64,000 bases of DNA from Histomonas meleagridis 2922-C6/04-290x (GCA_020184695.1 JAANOX010000218.1:248001-312000); one strand, 5' to 3'; shown: positions 47,354-58,340, counted from the stretch's first letter. Numbers and translations are program-made. The notes: a model not told the origin generated them from the sequence alone.

Positions 47354-50300
47354 TCATCCATATTTTTCTTTTGTCTTTTCTCTTATATTATCTATCTTTA
47401 TCCCAGCCACTCTTGCTGTTGAATTTGTACACAACTGTACAATCAATGACTTTTTCCCTAATTTTTCCGGGTTTCTTAGATCACAAAAATGTACTTCTTC
47501 AGGTAATGACAAGAACTGAATTCTCAATTGTAAATTATTGAAAATCTCTTCATTCAAATTTTTCAATGAGAGTCCTGAATCCATTGAAATCTGCGTCAGT
47601 TTTCTGTACCAAGCGCCACCTTCCATTGTAAACCAGTTAAATGTATTGAAGTAAACCAGTGAATTACTATGATAAGGTCTTCCTAATCTATCGATCAAAG
47701 AGTTTCTATTCATCCAATACTTATTTTTCTTCATAGCTCTATAATCGGTCATTAACGGTGTAGCTACAGCGGCATTCTTCATATCGATTTTCCAAAACCT
47801 CGATACGTCAGTCTTAAATATGGAATTCTTATCAATGTAAAGTAAGTTAATGTTTGGAGGCAAATATAAATCGACAAAAGCAAATGGCCAATCGCTTAAC
47901 TTGAAGATATTATTATAAAACGATGGTATAAATGTAGGCAAATATATTATATTAATGTCACTAATATTTAAATTAAGTTGTGACCCAGAAATATATAAAT
48001 TAATTTTTTTCTGTTTTTTCATATTTTCAGTTAATGAATATAAAAATGTTTTAACTTGTTGTGTTATTGTGTTATTATTATTTTCGCAATGTATTAATAT
48101 ATTTATATTATCATTTTGTTGTTCAACATTTTGAATTTTTAATGTTGAATCAGTTGTAATAAATTTGGTGTATGGTATTAAACTATCGACATTATAATAC
48201 TTTTGTTTAATTCCTTTTGTTTCATGTTTACCAATTGGTAAATAATTAACAAAATATCCGTTCTCTGGTAATGACGTTTTGTAATTATTGTCAATCATGA
48301 AAATACTTTTTTCATTAATGAATCCATATGAAAGTATTTCAGTGATTTCATAATGGAAAACTGATAACTTCTCAATGTTCCAATGATGATGACGTCGAAC
48401 AATACATTTATTACATGGTCCAATTTCGTTTTTACCAAATGAGATATAAAACTTCGTCAAAAAATGTTTCGGAATATTATTTTGATAATTCTCAAAATTC
48501 GGTATAATATAAAAATCAACATTAGCTGCACCTGAATCAGCTATAACTGCAATGTTTCCCATAATTTCGCGATATGAATCACTAAATATATTACATATGA
48601 ATGTTACTTTTAATGGTGATTTTGAATCAGTTTTTCGTATTAAATAATCATCTTGTTCAAGTTTCGGCTCTTTTTCTCTTTCGATTTTATCTAAATACAT
48701 TGTAGACCGAATAATTAATGCAGTTAATAATTTCTCTTTCGTTAATCCTTTTAATGTATCAACATAAAAACAATATTCAACATACTGTTGATAATATTTA
48801 ATCATTTCATCTGTTAAATCGCCTTTAAATATTAATGGCCCAATTAATGTATAATGTTCATCTTTATCTACTCGTAAAAAGTTTAATTCTTCATTTGTAA
48901 ATTTATTATAAATATTTTCATTGTTAAATTTAACTGTTGGAATTAAATTCGAATTTGATAAACTGATGATTTTTTTGATTGATGACGTTATTGTGTTTAA
49001 ATCATTTGTTCGATATGATAAAAAGTTATAATAATTCACTCGTGGATATGTCGAAAGATTAGTGATAATGGAATTGTTACCAAACCATTCTTCGATTTTA
49101 TCCAAATTAAGATTTTTCGCTTCTTTAAGTTTCTTCACTACTGAATACGCTTTCTTCTCAACAACATTAAATATCGGTCGTTCTTGAATGAAATCGCCAT
49201 TAATAGAAACAGATGTATCATTAATATGATGATTACGACAATATTCAACTTGTTCATTAATTCGTTTCGTAAGTGAATTTTCAGGTTTCATTAATGTTCC
49301 AAGTTTTCTCCATGAAACTGATGGAAGTGTTGCTTTATATGCGCGCTTAAATGATCCTTTCTTATATGCATCAAGTAAAAATGCACATGCATTACGAACA
49401 TTAAGTGAATTACATAATTGATGATATGCATATGCAATTGTTTTTTCAGTAGAATTATTAAGATCTACATTCATTATAAGGGTAAAATGTATTGGTACTT
49501 TGTCAGTCACTGATTCATGAGCCCAACGTAATAGAGCAGGAGTCTCAGGTGAACTGATGTTAAAGAAAATTGTCATTTTTACGACTTTTTGACTGATTTT
49601 ACAAAAGCCGATAGAGTCACTTTTGAGATTTGGTTGCTTCGGCCATCCATTATAAAGATCTTCAAAACGATGGCCGACTAAATATTGTGGACTTGGTGGT
49701 GCACTTGTATAATGAAGTGGCGGACGATAATATGGTGAGTTAAGAAAATCATATGATGAAGAATCAAGAAGTCGAGTGACTTTGTATTCATCTATAAGAG
49801 AGGTGATAAGATCTAATGAATTTGTGTTGGTTTTTCTTCCATTAATTCCAAAATATCCATAATTGTTTTCAAATTGATTTAAGGAATTTGGTTTTGCAAG
49901 TGGTTCGACTGTTGAAAGTTCTTTAGCAACATTATATAAAGAAATTGATACATTTTGAATAAGGTGTAGCTTTTCATTTGGATTTGTGTAATTTTTAAGT
50001 GAAGATAAGATTTTACCTTGTATACCATTAAAAGAAATGTTAGCTTGTGTCCCATCATCATTTATAAGAGACCAACCTCTTAGTTTCGGTTTTTGATTGA
50101 TAGGATTATTAATGGATGCTTTTGGATGATAAATACGATATCCAAGACTTAGATTTAATAGTCCAAAAAGAGGTTGCTGAACTACTCCTTTTAAAGAGTT
50201 TAATATTGAAATTTCATTGTTTTGTGCTTTGGAGATTTTTTCTTTTACAATATTAAGAAGTGATGGTTCCAAATCCTTAAAGAATTCAATTGTTTCGTCT

Positions 50301-50368
50301 TTGGGGGTTGAATCACTCCAGTTTCCAGTGACAATCATTGCAGAAATTAGAAAAGGAACCCAAAGCAT
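47354..50368 (-). CDS. UDP-glucose:glycoprotein glucosyltransferase-like protein (divergent)
   Basis: Signal peptide from ATG 50368; C-terminal 'WPFAFVDLYLPPNINLLYIDKNSIFKTDVSRFWKIDMKNAAVATP' aligns to the UGGT GT24 domain (KILFLDVLFP...IIFVDADQIVRADL). Confidence 0.7.
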   Translation of the reverse strand: MLWVPFLISAMIVTGNWSDSTPKDETIEFFKDLEPSLLNIVKEKISKAQNNEISILNSLKGVVQQPLFGLLNLSLGYRIYHPKASINNPINQKPKLRGWSLINDDGTQANISFNGIQGKILSSLKNYTNPNEKLHLIQNVSISLYNVAKELSTVEPLAKPNSLNQFENNYGYFGINGRKTNTNSLDLITSLIDEYKVTRLLDSSSYDFLNSPYYRPPLHYTSAPPSPQYLVGHRFEDLYNGWPKQPNLKSDSIGFCKISQKVVKMTIFFNISSPETPALLRWAHESVTDKVPIHFTLIMNVDLNNSTEKTIAYAYHQLCNSLNVRNACAFLLDAYKKGSFKRAYKATLPSVSWRKLGTLMKPENSLTKRINEQVEYCRNHHINDTSVSINGDFIQERPIFNVVEKKAYSVVKKLKEAKNLNLDKIEEWFGNNSIITNLSTYPRVNYYNFLSYRTNDLNTITSSIKKIISLSNSNLIPTVKFNNENIYNKFTNEELNFLRVDKDEHYTLIGPLIFKGDLTDEMIKYYQQYVEYCFYVDTLKGLTKEKLLTALIIRSTMYLDKIEREKEPKLEQDDYLIRKTDSKSPLKVTFICNIFSDSYREIMGNIAVIADSGAANVDFYIIPNFENYQNNIPKHFLTKFYISFGKNEIGPCNKCIVRRHHHWNIEKLSVFHYEITEILSYGFINEKSIFMIDNNYKTSLPENGYFVNYLPIGKHETKGIKQKYYNVDSLIPYTKFITTDSTLKIQNVEQQNDNINILIHCENNNNTITQQVKTFLYSLTENMKKQKKINLYISGSQLNLNISDINIIYLPTFIPSFYNNIFKLSDWPFAFVDLYLPPNINLLYIDKNSIFKTDVSRFWKIDMKNAAVATPLMTDYRAMKKNKYWMNRNSLIDRLGRPYHSNSLVYFNTFNWFTMEGGAWYRKLTQISMDSGLSLKNLNEEIFNNLQLRIQFLSLPEEVHFCDLRNPEKLGKKSLIVQLCTNSTARVAGIKIDNIREKTKEKYG

Positions 50369-50424
50369 AAGAGTAATTAATAACCGAAAAGTGTCCAATT
50401 TCTTTTATTTCTTTATCCTTTTCT

Positions 50425-50784
50425 TTAAGTGAGATCATTAATTATAATAACAAAAATCACTATTACGCAAAAAATAGTTTTCCCAGGTTGTTTTGATACT
50501 GACAACAAACCATCGGAATTCGAAATCCAATTAATATCGGGGACATTATCCAAGTTATCTTTTGGATTTATCCCATAATTTGGGATTTCTAATTCCTTAA
50601 CGATTTTCAAGTTTCGATACATTTGATCATTTACATTATATGGCGCGTTAACTTCATCTTTCGGAGGGCAAATTATCAAAGAAATTCCAGGCTCAACTTG
50701 TACTGTTTTCTTAGTACTTTTCTCGTTTAGATTTATTATGTTAAATAAATCAGTTTGCTCCGAATCATGGATAAAAATGAACAA
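50425..50784 (-). CDS. Possible small hypothetical protein
   Basis: 119-codon ORF with a TTG start and hydrophobic C-terminus; weak support. Confidence 0.3.
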   Translation of the reverse strand: MFIFIHDSEQTDLFNIINLNEKSTKKTVQVEPGISLIICPPKDEVNAPYNVNDQMYRNLKIVKELEIPNYGINPKDNLDNVPDINWISNSDGLLSVSKQPGKTIFCVIVIFVIIINDLT

Positions 50785-51055
50785 AAAAGCTTTTCTGCTT
50801 TACTACGGCCTCAAAACATTTTCAACAAAATAGAAATTATATAATACATAATTTTTTTTTTACATCTCATCAAAAAATATCAAAATTATGATGATCACAA
50901 ATAATGCGTAAATGATAAAAAAAATCATGAAAAAATGAATTTCACAATTTCCTAAAGTCATCTTTTCCAATTAAGTTAAACAAGAATAGCTAAAAATTAT
51001 TTGGCACATTTTCCAAAAAAAAGCCAACAGTAAAAAGAATGGCATTTTTTATTGG

Positions 51056-53254
51056 ATGAGTAATACGAGAAGTGAAGAATTCAGAGTTACGAATGACAAT
51101 CCTACAACATGCATAAGAGACAAAAAAGACAATACATCAGTCTATCTTAATCTTACAACTGCAAATTTTTCAGGAAAAATTCAAGTTGCTATTTTTGGCT
51201 TATGTGGAGATAAAAAACTAAATTGTACAAACAAAGGCCTTTGCTTCGAAGTAGAAGCAGGAAAGAAGTATATGTTATATAATCGTGTCCAGGAAGATCA
51301 TTTCCCAAGTGCTCAATTAGTTTTTGCAAATCTTAATGGACAAACTGTTGAAGGCACTTGGAGCCCAGACAGCAAATCAGAGAGTGGTTGTATAGAATTA
51401 ACAGATGGATTAGGATTAAATTCAAAAAATTCAGATATTGTTTTTCAAGGCCCTGGAACTTATTGCACTGAAGTAAGAAGGAAAACAAGTAAATCTTCGG
51501 TTTATTTTAATCTTGTCGATTCAAAATTCAGTGGTACAATCGATGTTTCAATATATGGCATATCAAATGATCAAGAAGAGAACTGTACAAACAGGCGTCA
51601 ATCATTTTCTCTTTCTGCAGGAAAGAAATATGAACTATATAACAATGTTTGTGAAAAAAATCATGGAGGATGTTATCTAAAAATTGTTGTTCATCAATCA
51701 CAAAAAGTTATTGGCAAGTGGAGCCCTGATTATATTACAGAAAGTTGTGTTTTACTGGTCACTGGAAAGGATGAAAATCAATCAACTTCTTCAAGTCGTT
51801 TAATATCTCATGATTTATCAGGTGCTCTCAAACTAATTAAAGTTCCATACCTGAACCAACTTAACATACCATCTGGCTGTGAATCTGTCTCAGCTACAAT
51901 GCTTCTACAATACTATGGAGTTAAGATTTCACCTGAAGAATTTATTAAAAAGCATTTAAACGTTCACCCGTGGACGGTTGTAAACGGTCGCGTTTATGCA
52001 GCTGATCCAAACGATGCATATGTAGGAGATCCATACATCAGGTCAGGTAGCAATTGTGGATATGGATGTTATGCACCATGTATTGCTAATGCAATGAATA
52101 AGAATCTTCCACCTCTTCTTCGTGCAAGATCCGTAACTGGAAAAAGTCTTCCAGATGTTGTTTCTGAATTCATTGACAAAGGAAAACCAGTTCTAATATG
52201 GGCTACAATGAACATGTCTCCAATGCGTCTTACTACTCGTTGGACAATTAATTATCCACCTGAAAAAAAGGGAAATGATTTCCGATGGCGTGGAGGAGAG
52301 CATTGCCTTGTCCTTGTTGGCTATGATCAATCAAATTATATCTTTAATGATCCATATCAAAACAATGGCGTATGTAAATTCCCAAAGAGTAATGTTGAAG
52401 AATGTTATAATGCCTTAGGAAAACAAGTTGTTTATGTATGCGACTTGAATGAGTCTTTTTCAAAGATTAAATTGGCCGATGAAGATATCCAACAAATGGT
52501 ATTAGATTCACAAAATGAAATCATTCAATCAATAATACCAAACATTAAGTTAACGCATGATACCACATATGAGATAGTGTTTCCAGGTATTACTATTAAG
52601 GTAACTGCGAAACATGCAATCAAAAGCAACTTTTCTAAAGGCCCAGGATGCATTGAGATCAGCCAGAGCAAGCTGAACTTCCCAAAGTATGGCTTTAAAC
52701 TTGATTTCCAAGGAAATTCTCTCAAATGGAATTTCGGCGATACTCCGAATGCGAATTTCACTCTCGGACCGAAATGGTTCAACTTAAACATTGACACGAA
52801 GATAACGAATGGTAATTTAAGTGATATCTTGAATAAGTTGACATTAATTATCGGAGATGGAAATATCAAAACTTCATATAACTTCATGAAGCAAACTTAT
52901 ACAATCACCATCGAGAAGAAATTTAAATTCATTAACTCGGGTGAATACATAGGTGTAATCGATATCGAAATTCATTTCGAACCACAACCACCAAAGAGCC
53001 CTCAAAAAGCGCCGGCGTTCAATCTAACGGCTGAAAAGGGATTGATATTGTGCGGAATCGGAATTGGAGTTGTTTGCGTGGTCGGCTCATTCATGGCAAA
53101 TCCGGCTGTCGGCGCATTCATAGGCAGTGCCTTCGCAAAAGGAGGAATAAGCGCTGTGGCAACGGGTGAATTGCTTCCGGCGGCTTGCACGACCGCTTTG
53201 GCCACTTTTATCGGAGTCACATCAAATCTTTTCTCAGGTTTAAATCCGTTTTGA
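51056..53254 (+). CDS. Peptidase C39-like protein with two N-terminal WSPD-ending repeats and a hydrophobic C-terminus
   Basis: 'VPYLNQ...GCESVSATMLLQYYG', 'GKPVLIWAT', 'EHCLVLVGYD...NDP' give a Cys-His-Asp C39-like set; internal ~110-aa duplication. Confidence 0.85.
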   Translation: MSNTRSEEFRVTNDNPTTCIRDKKDNTSVYLNLTTANFSGKIQVAIFGLCGDKKLNCTNKGLCFEVEAGKKYMLYNRVQEDHFPSAQLVFANLNGQTVEGTWSPDSKSESGCIELTDGLGLNSKNSDIVFQGPGTYCTEVRRKTSKSSVYFNLVDSKFSGTIDVSIYGISNDQEENCTNRRQSFSLSAGKKYELYNNVCEKNHGGCYLKIVVHQSQKVIGKWSPDYITESCVLLVTGKDENQSTSSSRLISHDLSGALKLIKVPYLNQLNIPSGCESVSATMLLQYYGVKISPEEFIKKHLNVHPWTVVNGRVYAADPNDAYVGDPYIRSGSNCGYGCYAPCIANAMNKNLPPLLRARSVTGKSLPDVVSEFIDKGKPVLIWATMNMSPMRLTTRWTINYPPEKKGNDFRWRGGEHCLVLVGYDQSNYIFNDPYQNNGVCKFPKSNVEECYNALGKQVVYVCDLNESFSKIKLADEDIQQMVLDSQNEIIQSIIPNIKLTHDTTYEIVFPGITIKVTAKHAIKSNFSKGPGCIEISQSKLNFPKYGFKLDFQGNSLKWNFGDTPNANFTLGPKWFNLNIDTKITNGNLSDILNKLTLIIGDGNIKTSYNFMKQTYTITIEKKFKFINSGEYIGVIDIEIHFEPQPPKSPQKAPAFNLTAEKGLILCGIGIGVVCVVGSFMANPAVGAFIGSAFAKGGISAVATGELLPAACTTALATFIGVTSNLFSGLNPF

Positions 53255-53577
53255 TCGATAATTGAATAAAAGAAATTGACTTTTTCTATAAATCAGAGTT
53301 TCAAATATTTAAATTGTACAATTTGTCGCTTTAAATGATCTATTTTTTGTTTGGTTTTTAAATTCTCTATTAAATATATTTATAAAAAAGTATTAGAATA
53401 CCAATGAAAATCAACTTGAGTATATACTTAGTGTGTGATATATTATTCCTATCAAAAATGAATAAAAGATTTTGTTTGATATCGAATTCAAAATAAAATA
53501 TTTTTAGCTGTTTTCATTTAAATAGCCACAGACTGTGATAAAAGTTTATCACAAAAATCATAAGCGTAAAAACAAAA

Positions 53578-55025
53578 ATGAACGAATGGGAAAAGGCACA
53601 TTTAATCCAGCAAATTATCTTTAACTTAGATGAAAAAAATATTAATCAATCATTAAACTCGTTAATTAGCATATTCGATGAAAATTATGCATTTTCCTTT
53701 AACTTAATTATTGGTCAAATTATATGCATACATTCAAATATACGAATATTTTTATGAAAGGGATCATAGAGTTTGAAGAATCAAATAAAATTCAATCCAA
53801 ATTTTTTGATATATTTTCTGGTTTATTTCTTGAAGGATATTTAGAAGGATCATATTATATTCTTTATTATTTGATTAAAGAAAATTTTGTAAGTTCAAAA
53901 ACTATTCCTTTTTCGGATTTGCATTTTGTTCATTACATGGGAAAGGAAATACAATATCATGAATATGATGAATATTATGAATATATTATGGAAAACTACG
54001 AAATACTTTCAAAGAATGATTGGGAACTTCATAAGCAATTGATTGAAGAAGGAGTTAATCCAAATGAAATTGCAAAAATAATTCGAAATGATGAAATAGA
54101 AAAACTTCAAGAAATGTCATCACAAAATGATTTTAATTTTAATCAATTTATTGAACCATCACTTTATGAAAGATATTCATTTATTAATCAAGAAAATGTT
54201 ACATTAATTGATTATGCAGCATTTTTTTCTTCTATTAAATGTTTTAAATATTTACTTATGAATGGTGCTAATGTAAAAAATACAGGTAAATATGCAATTG
54301 CAGGTGGAAATGAAGAAATCATTCATTTGTGTATACAAAATCACTCAATTTTTGAAGATGCATATAGTGTAGCAATTATGTTTCATCGAAATAATATCTT
54401 TAAATATATTTATGAAAATAGCACTAAAGAAATTTTAAAATTAGAAGAATTAGGTACAACTTGTGTATCATTTCATAATTATGATATTTTCACATTTTTG
54501 ATTAAAGAAGGAATGAAAATAAATGATAATATTATTTCTGAAGCAACAAGAAATGGTAATACATTTTTTATCAAGCATTTTCTTAAAGAAAATCAACCAA
54601 CAAAAGATATTTTATTTTTATCAATTAAACTAGGAAATATTGAACTTGTAAAATATATTCTGGAACAAAAAGGAATTGATATTAATACAATTATATTAAT
54701 TTATTATATTTTTTTAATTAATTAATTTTGGATTTCAAAATAATATTTGGAAATTATTTAAATAATTTGAAACAGCACTTATTTGGGCATCTAGAAATGG
54801 TTATACAGATATAGTTAAATTACTTCTTGATCAAGAAGGAATTGATATTAATGCTAAAGATATTTATTTGTTTTATTTATAATTTATTTTAATAATTTAA
54901 TATTTCAAAATAAAATTTGGAAATTATTTATATAATTTGAAACTGCACTTATGAAAGCAACTTCAAAAGGTTATACAGAAATAGCTAAATTAATTCAAGC
55001 TAAATGTAAAATGATCCCAAAATAA
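53578..55025 (+). pseudogene. DUF3447-like/ankyrin gene with 2 spacers and an N-terminal frameshift
   Basis: ATG 53578 (MNEWEKAHLIQQIIFNL...) stops near 53757; the family sequence resumes in ORF 53724-54725; cassettes at 54772-54861 and 54942-55025; spacers 76 and 80 nt. Confidence 0.7.
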
Positions 55026-55343
55026 TTATATTCACTCTAATACATAATTAATAAATGATTTAATAATGAATATTCATATTGACAACTTAATAATTAAGTT
55101 TTATATCTGATTTTATATCAAATATGAATTTTTATGTCTCTGATAAATCTTTTAGGTGAAATTTGCATTAATACAAAACAAAATTATTTCATAAAATAAT
55201 ATTTTTCACAATAAAATTTTTCCTTAAAGAAGTTTATAAGCATCAAATTTTAAAAAATTATTCGTAAAAAATAAAAATAAATATCTTTTTTTTAGGATAG
55301 AGTAAAGTTATTTTTCGTATTACTAATTTTAAAATACATTTTT

Positions 55344-56105
55344 CTATAAATCTGAAACGCTTAAAATAGTTTCTCTTGGACGATGTACGGAATCAGATAT
55401 TATTTGATGAAGTCTGTTATAGTCGCTTCTGGCGTCAATTTTCTTAGTCTCGTTTTCATTACAAATTCGCTGAATAACTCCGGCAAAAAAATAGAACATT
55501 ATATTCCAACAATTAAAATCGTTCTTACCAAGCAATAAAATGTCTGTAGTAGATACAACTTCAATAGTTTTGCATCCAATGACATTTAAAACCAACATTA
55601 TGGGAAATGTTTCATTATTAACTTGGGATAAAAAATGTTTCGATAATTTCGGACAACATCTAAAAAACCATAGAGGAAACAAAACCATAAAAATACCACC
55701 TGCGCGAAAATCTACTTGAGGAACTTTGGTTTGGAAACCAATTTGAAGCCACTTTTCATTTTTTAATGTTTCAGGTGGATCTTCTCCCTTAATTGCAGTG
55801 TAGATTTGATTCAGTGCTTGTACATGGATTTTGTCTTCTGGATTAAATTTAAGTTGGGAAACTCTAAAAATGTAATTCCAGATCTTTCTTGCTCGTTCAT
55901 GACCAGTACCAAATCTGCAACAACCACTATGATAAGGGTGCCTTGGAACATGAATATCTTTTAGCTTCATTCCTTGATCAATAATATATGCTAAAAACTC
56001 GATATAACCAAAATTATTTTCATCCATTTCGGAAGGCTTAGGTGGGAAAGAGGTTTCTGTGATTTCTTCTGGTAAAAGAGCACTGGTTAAAGTTGTTTCC
56101 CCCAT
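55344..56105 (-). CDS. ELMO/CED-12 domain protein (ELMOD-like)
   Basis: 'WLQIGFQTKVPQVDFRAGG' is the ELMO signature. Confidence 0.85.
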   Translation of the reverse strand: MGETTLTSALLPEEITETSFPPKPSEMDENNFGYIEFLAYIIDQGMKLKDIHVPRHPYHSGCCRFGTGHERARKIWNYIFRVSQLKFNPEDKIHVQALNQIYTAIKGEDPPETLKNEKWLQIGFQTKVPQVDFRAGGIFMVLFPLWFFRCCPKLSKHFLSQVNNETFPIMLVLNVIGCKTIEVVSTTDILLLGKNDFNCWNIMFYFFAGVIQRICNENETKKIDARSDYNRLHQIISDSVHRPRETILSVSDL

Positions 56106-56562
56106 AAATCTGTATAATTACTTAACGGGTCACCAGAAAATAAACTATTCAAAAACTGAGTATGAACGGAAGTAAATATAACTTTTTGTATGGAAAAATT
56201 ATGTGAAAGCAGATCATAATTTTATAAATTTTATTTTCGGAAAATTCAATGAAAGTTCATTATGTCGCTTGATCAAATATCTCCCAAAACAAACATGTCT
56301 TTGCATTGACTAACTGATTATAAACAATTTTTGCAATTGCTAATAATAATAATTTAATCATTTTTGGAAACCAAAGTTGTTATCTAAAGGTTTTCTTATT
56401 TCAATTTAAATGCAATCTTCAATTCCTGGAATAGAAAAAATTATTTTTTAATTTCTTAGCTCATTAGTTAAACATGTTAAAATGATTTGGTTCACTAAGT
56501 TTAGTTTAATAGGTAAATTTATTTTTATGTTACTATAAAAACCGAATATTCACATCTCATAT

Positions 56563-58203
56563 TTACTCTTCTTCGTCGTTGTGTTTTTCTTCTGCAGACA
56601 AAAAAACAACAATTACAGATATGTTATCTTCCGAATTTAGCTCGAATGCATGATCTCTTAACTTTCTAGCTGCTTCTAATGGATCAATTTCAGATGCGAT
56701 TAGATCCACCGCTTCTTGGTCTGACATAACATCCCAAACTCCGTCACATGCAATAATCAAAAATGCATCTTCACTAGTAATTTGAACTTCCTTAATATGT
56801 GGGGTTGGGTTCACACAATCTCCAAGAAAACCATCTCCAAGTGCTCTACTTACTGCCAACATTCCTCCAAGTCTACCTTCTTTAACAATACCACCCTTAC
56901 TTTGAATATACTCCATTTCTTCAGGCAGATCTGGCTTGTCGTCTATAGTTAATCTAACTGCTTGTCCATTATGAGACAAAACGCAACGACTATCTCCGAC
57001 ATTGGCGACCGTTAAATTCAAACCGTCAATAACCGCTATTGCGGCGGTTGTTCCAAAGTAAACGCACCATGGCTTCATCTCGTTTTGAAGCACCTTAAAC
57101 GATTCAGTAATTGCGGATGTAAGTGTAGACCCATTACTGACCCTAGATTTAATATAGTTTGGAAGATTTTGTGATACGTATTCAGATGCATCACGACCTC
57201 CATGTCCATCAAAAAGCCCAAAGAAAACAGAAGTATCGGTCGGAATTCCAGGAACTACGCAGGAGACATCTTCCATTTGAGGTCTGCGGCCAACAGTTTC
57301 TGCACTTCCATATCGAGAATGTTCTGTATTTTGTACAGTTTCATTTGATTCAATCGTTTTGGCTTTTGATTCGTTCTCAACAAACGTGTTAAACAAAGCA
57401 GTGCCTTTCACACGCTCTTTTTGACGAGCTTTTCCATCCAACATTTGACGGCCTTTAATTGATTTAAACACATCGAGCTTTGCCCTGAACTGTCTTTGGA
57501 ATGGCGCACGCGCAATAGTATCGGAGTACTCAAAAACAGTTGTGTTACGTGTTACGATGTCGGAACAAAGAGTTTGGAGATGTTGACCTAAATCAATGTT
57601 TTTTAAATATATGTTTGATGTAATAATTTTCTTTATGTCATTAATGCTATCGTTCGAAAGTTTATTTGGCGCTGCTCGAAATGTGCTTAAAATACGGGAA
57701 TATTGAAGTAAATCGATGATTGATTTGGATGATGAATCATTGATATTACATGACTCCATTAACAAGGAGGTAAGAGAAGGATGCCCAACCGCAGCTGATA
57801 TTATAATATTTGAGGAATCTTTGAAGTCATTTTGACTTACATCTAATTCTTTTATTGTATCATAATTAATAAGCAAATTTGCAATTGATTTGGCATGATG
57901 AGATTTAAGACCGCATTTACGGAATGAAATTTTTGTGAGATATTGAGGAATTGTTAAATGTGGTAATATGATTTCAAGAAAACTAGGGCCGACCTTTTCT
58001 CCTGTTATAATAAGAGGAATTTCAGTAGCTGATTCAGGTATTCTTTTAAGTGTTTCCCATATTGACTTGATGATTTTTCCTAATTTTTTCTTTTGTTTTA
58101 AGATTTCTGGATTTGTAGTTTTAATAGAAAGTACACTTTCATAAAACATGCGTCCTTGCATGTTAACAATTAGAGATGATGGACAACTTGAATCTTGTCC
58201 CAT
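56563..58203 (-). CDS. LRR + PP2C protein phosphatase
   Basis: N-terminal RI-type LRRs; PP2C motifs GRRPQMED, FDGHGG, NVGDSR, LAVSRALGD, ACDGVWD, SEDNISV; MG start (possible myristoylation). Confidence 0.92.
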   Translation of the reverse strand: MGQDSSCPSSLIVNMQGRMFYESVLSIKTTNPEILKQKKKLGKIIKSIWETLKRIPESATEIPLIITGEKVGPSFLEIILPHLTIPQYLTKISFRKCGLKSHHAKSIANLLINYDTIKELDVSQNDFKDSSNIIISAAVGHPSLTSLLMESCNINDSSSKSIIDLLQYSRILSTFRAAPNKLSNDSINDIKKIITSNIYLKNIDLGQHLQTLCSDIVTRNTTVFEYSDTIARAPFQRQFRAKLDVFKSIKGRQMLDGKARQKERVKGTALFNTFVENESKAKTIESNETVQNTEHSRYGSAETVGRRPQMEDVSCVVPGIPTDTSVFFGLFDGHGGRDASEYVSQNLPNYIKSRVSNGSTLTSAITESFKVLQNEMKPWCVYFGTTAAIAVIDGLNLTVANVGDSRCVLSHNGQAVRLTIDDKPDLPEEMEYIQSKGGIVKEGRLGGMLAVSRALGDGFLGDCVNPTPHIKEVQITSEDAFLIIACDGVWDVMSDQEAVDLIASEIDPLEAARKLRDHAFELNSEDNISVIVVFLSAEEKHNDEEE

Positions 58204-58340
58204 AAACGTGTTGTCAAAAAAAACCGATGATTATTCGCGGTTTTTTTGAATGAATTTTTCTTACATTGCTGACAAATTTCTTTTTATTTGAAAAATTAAT
58301 GGCATTTTTCGAATAGACGTTAAAAACAAAAAAGAGAAAA

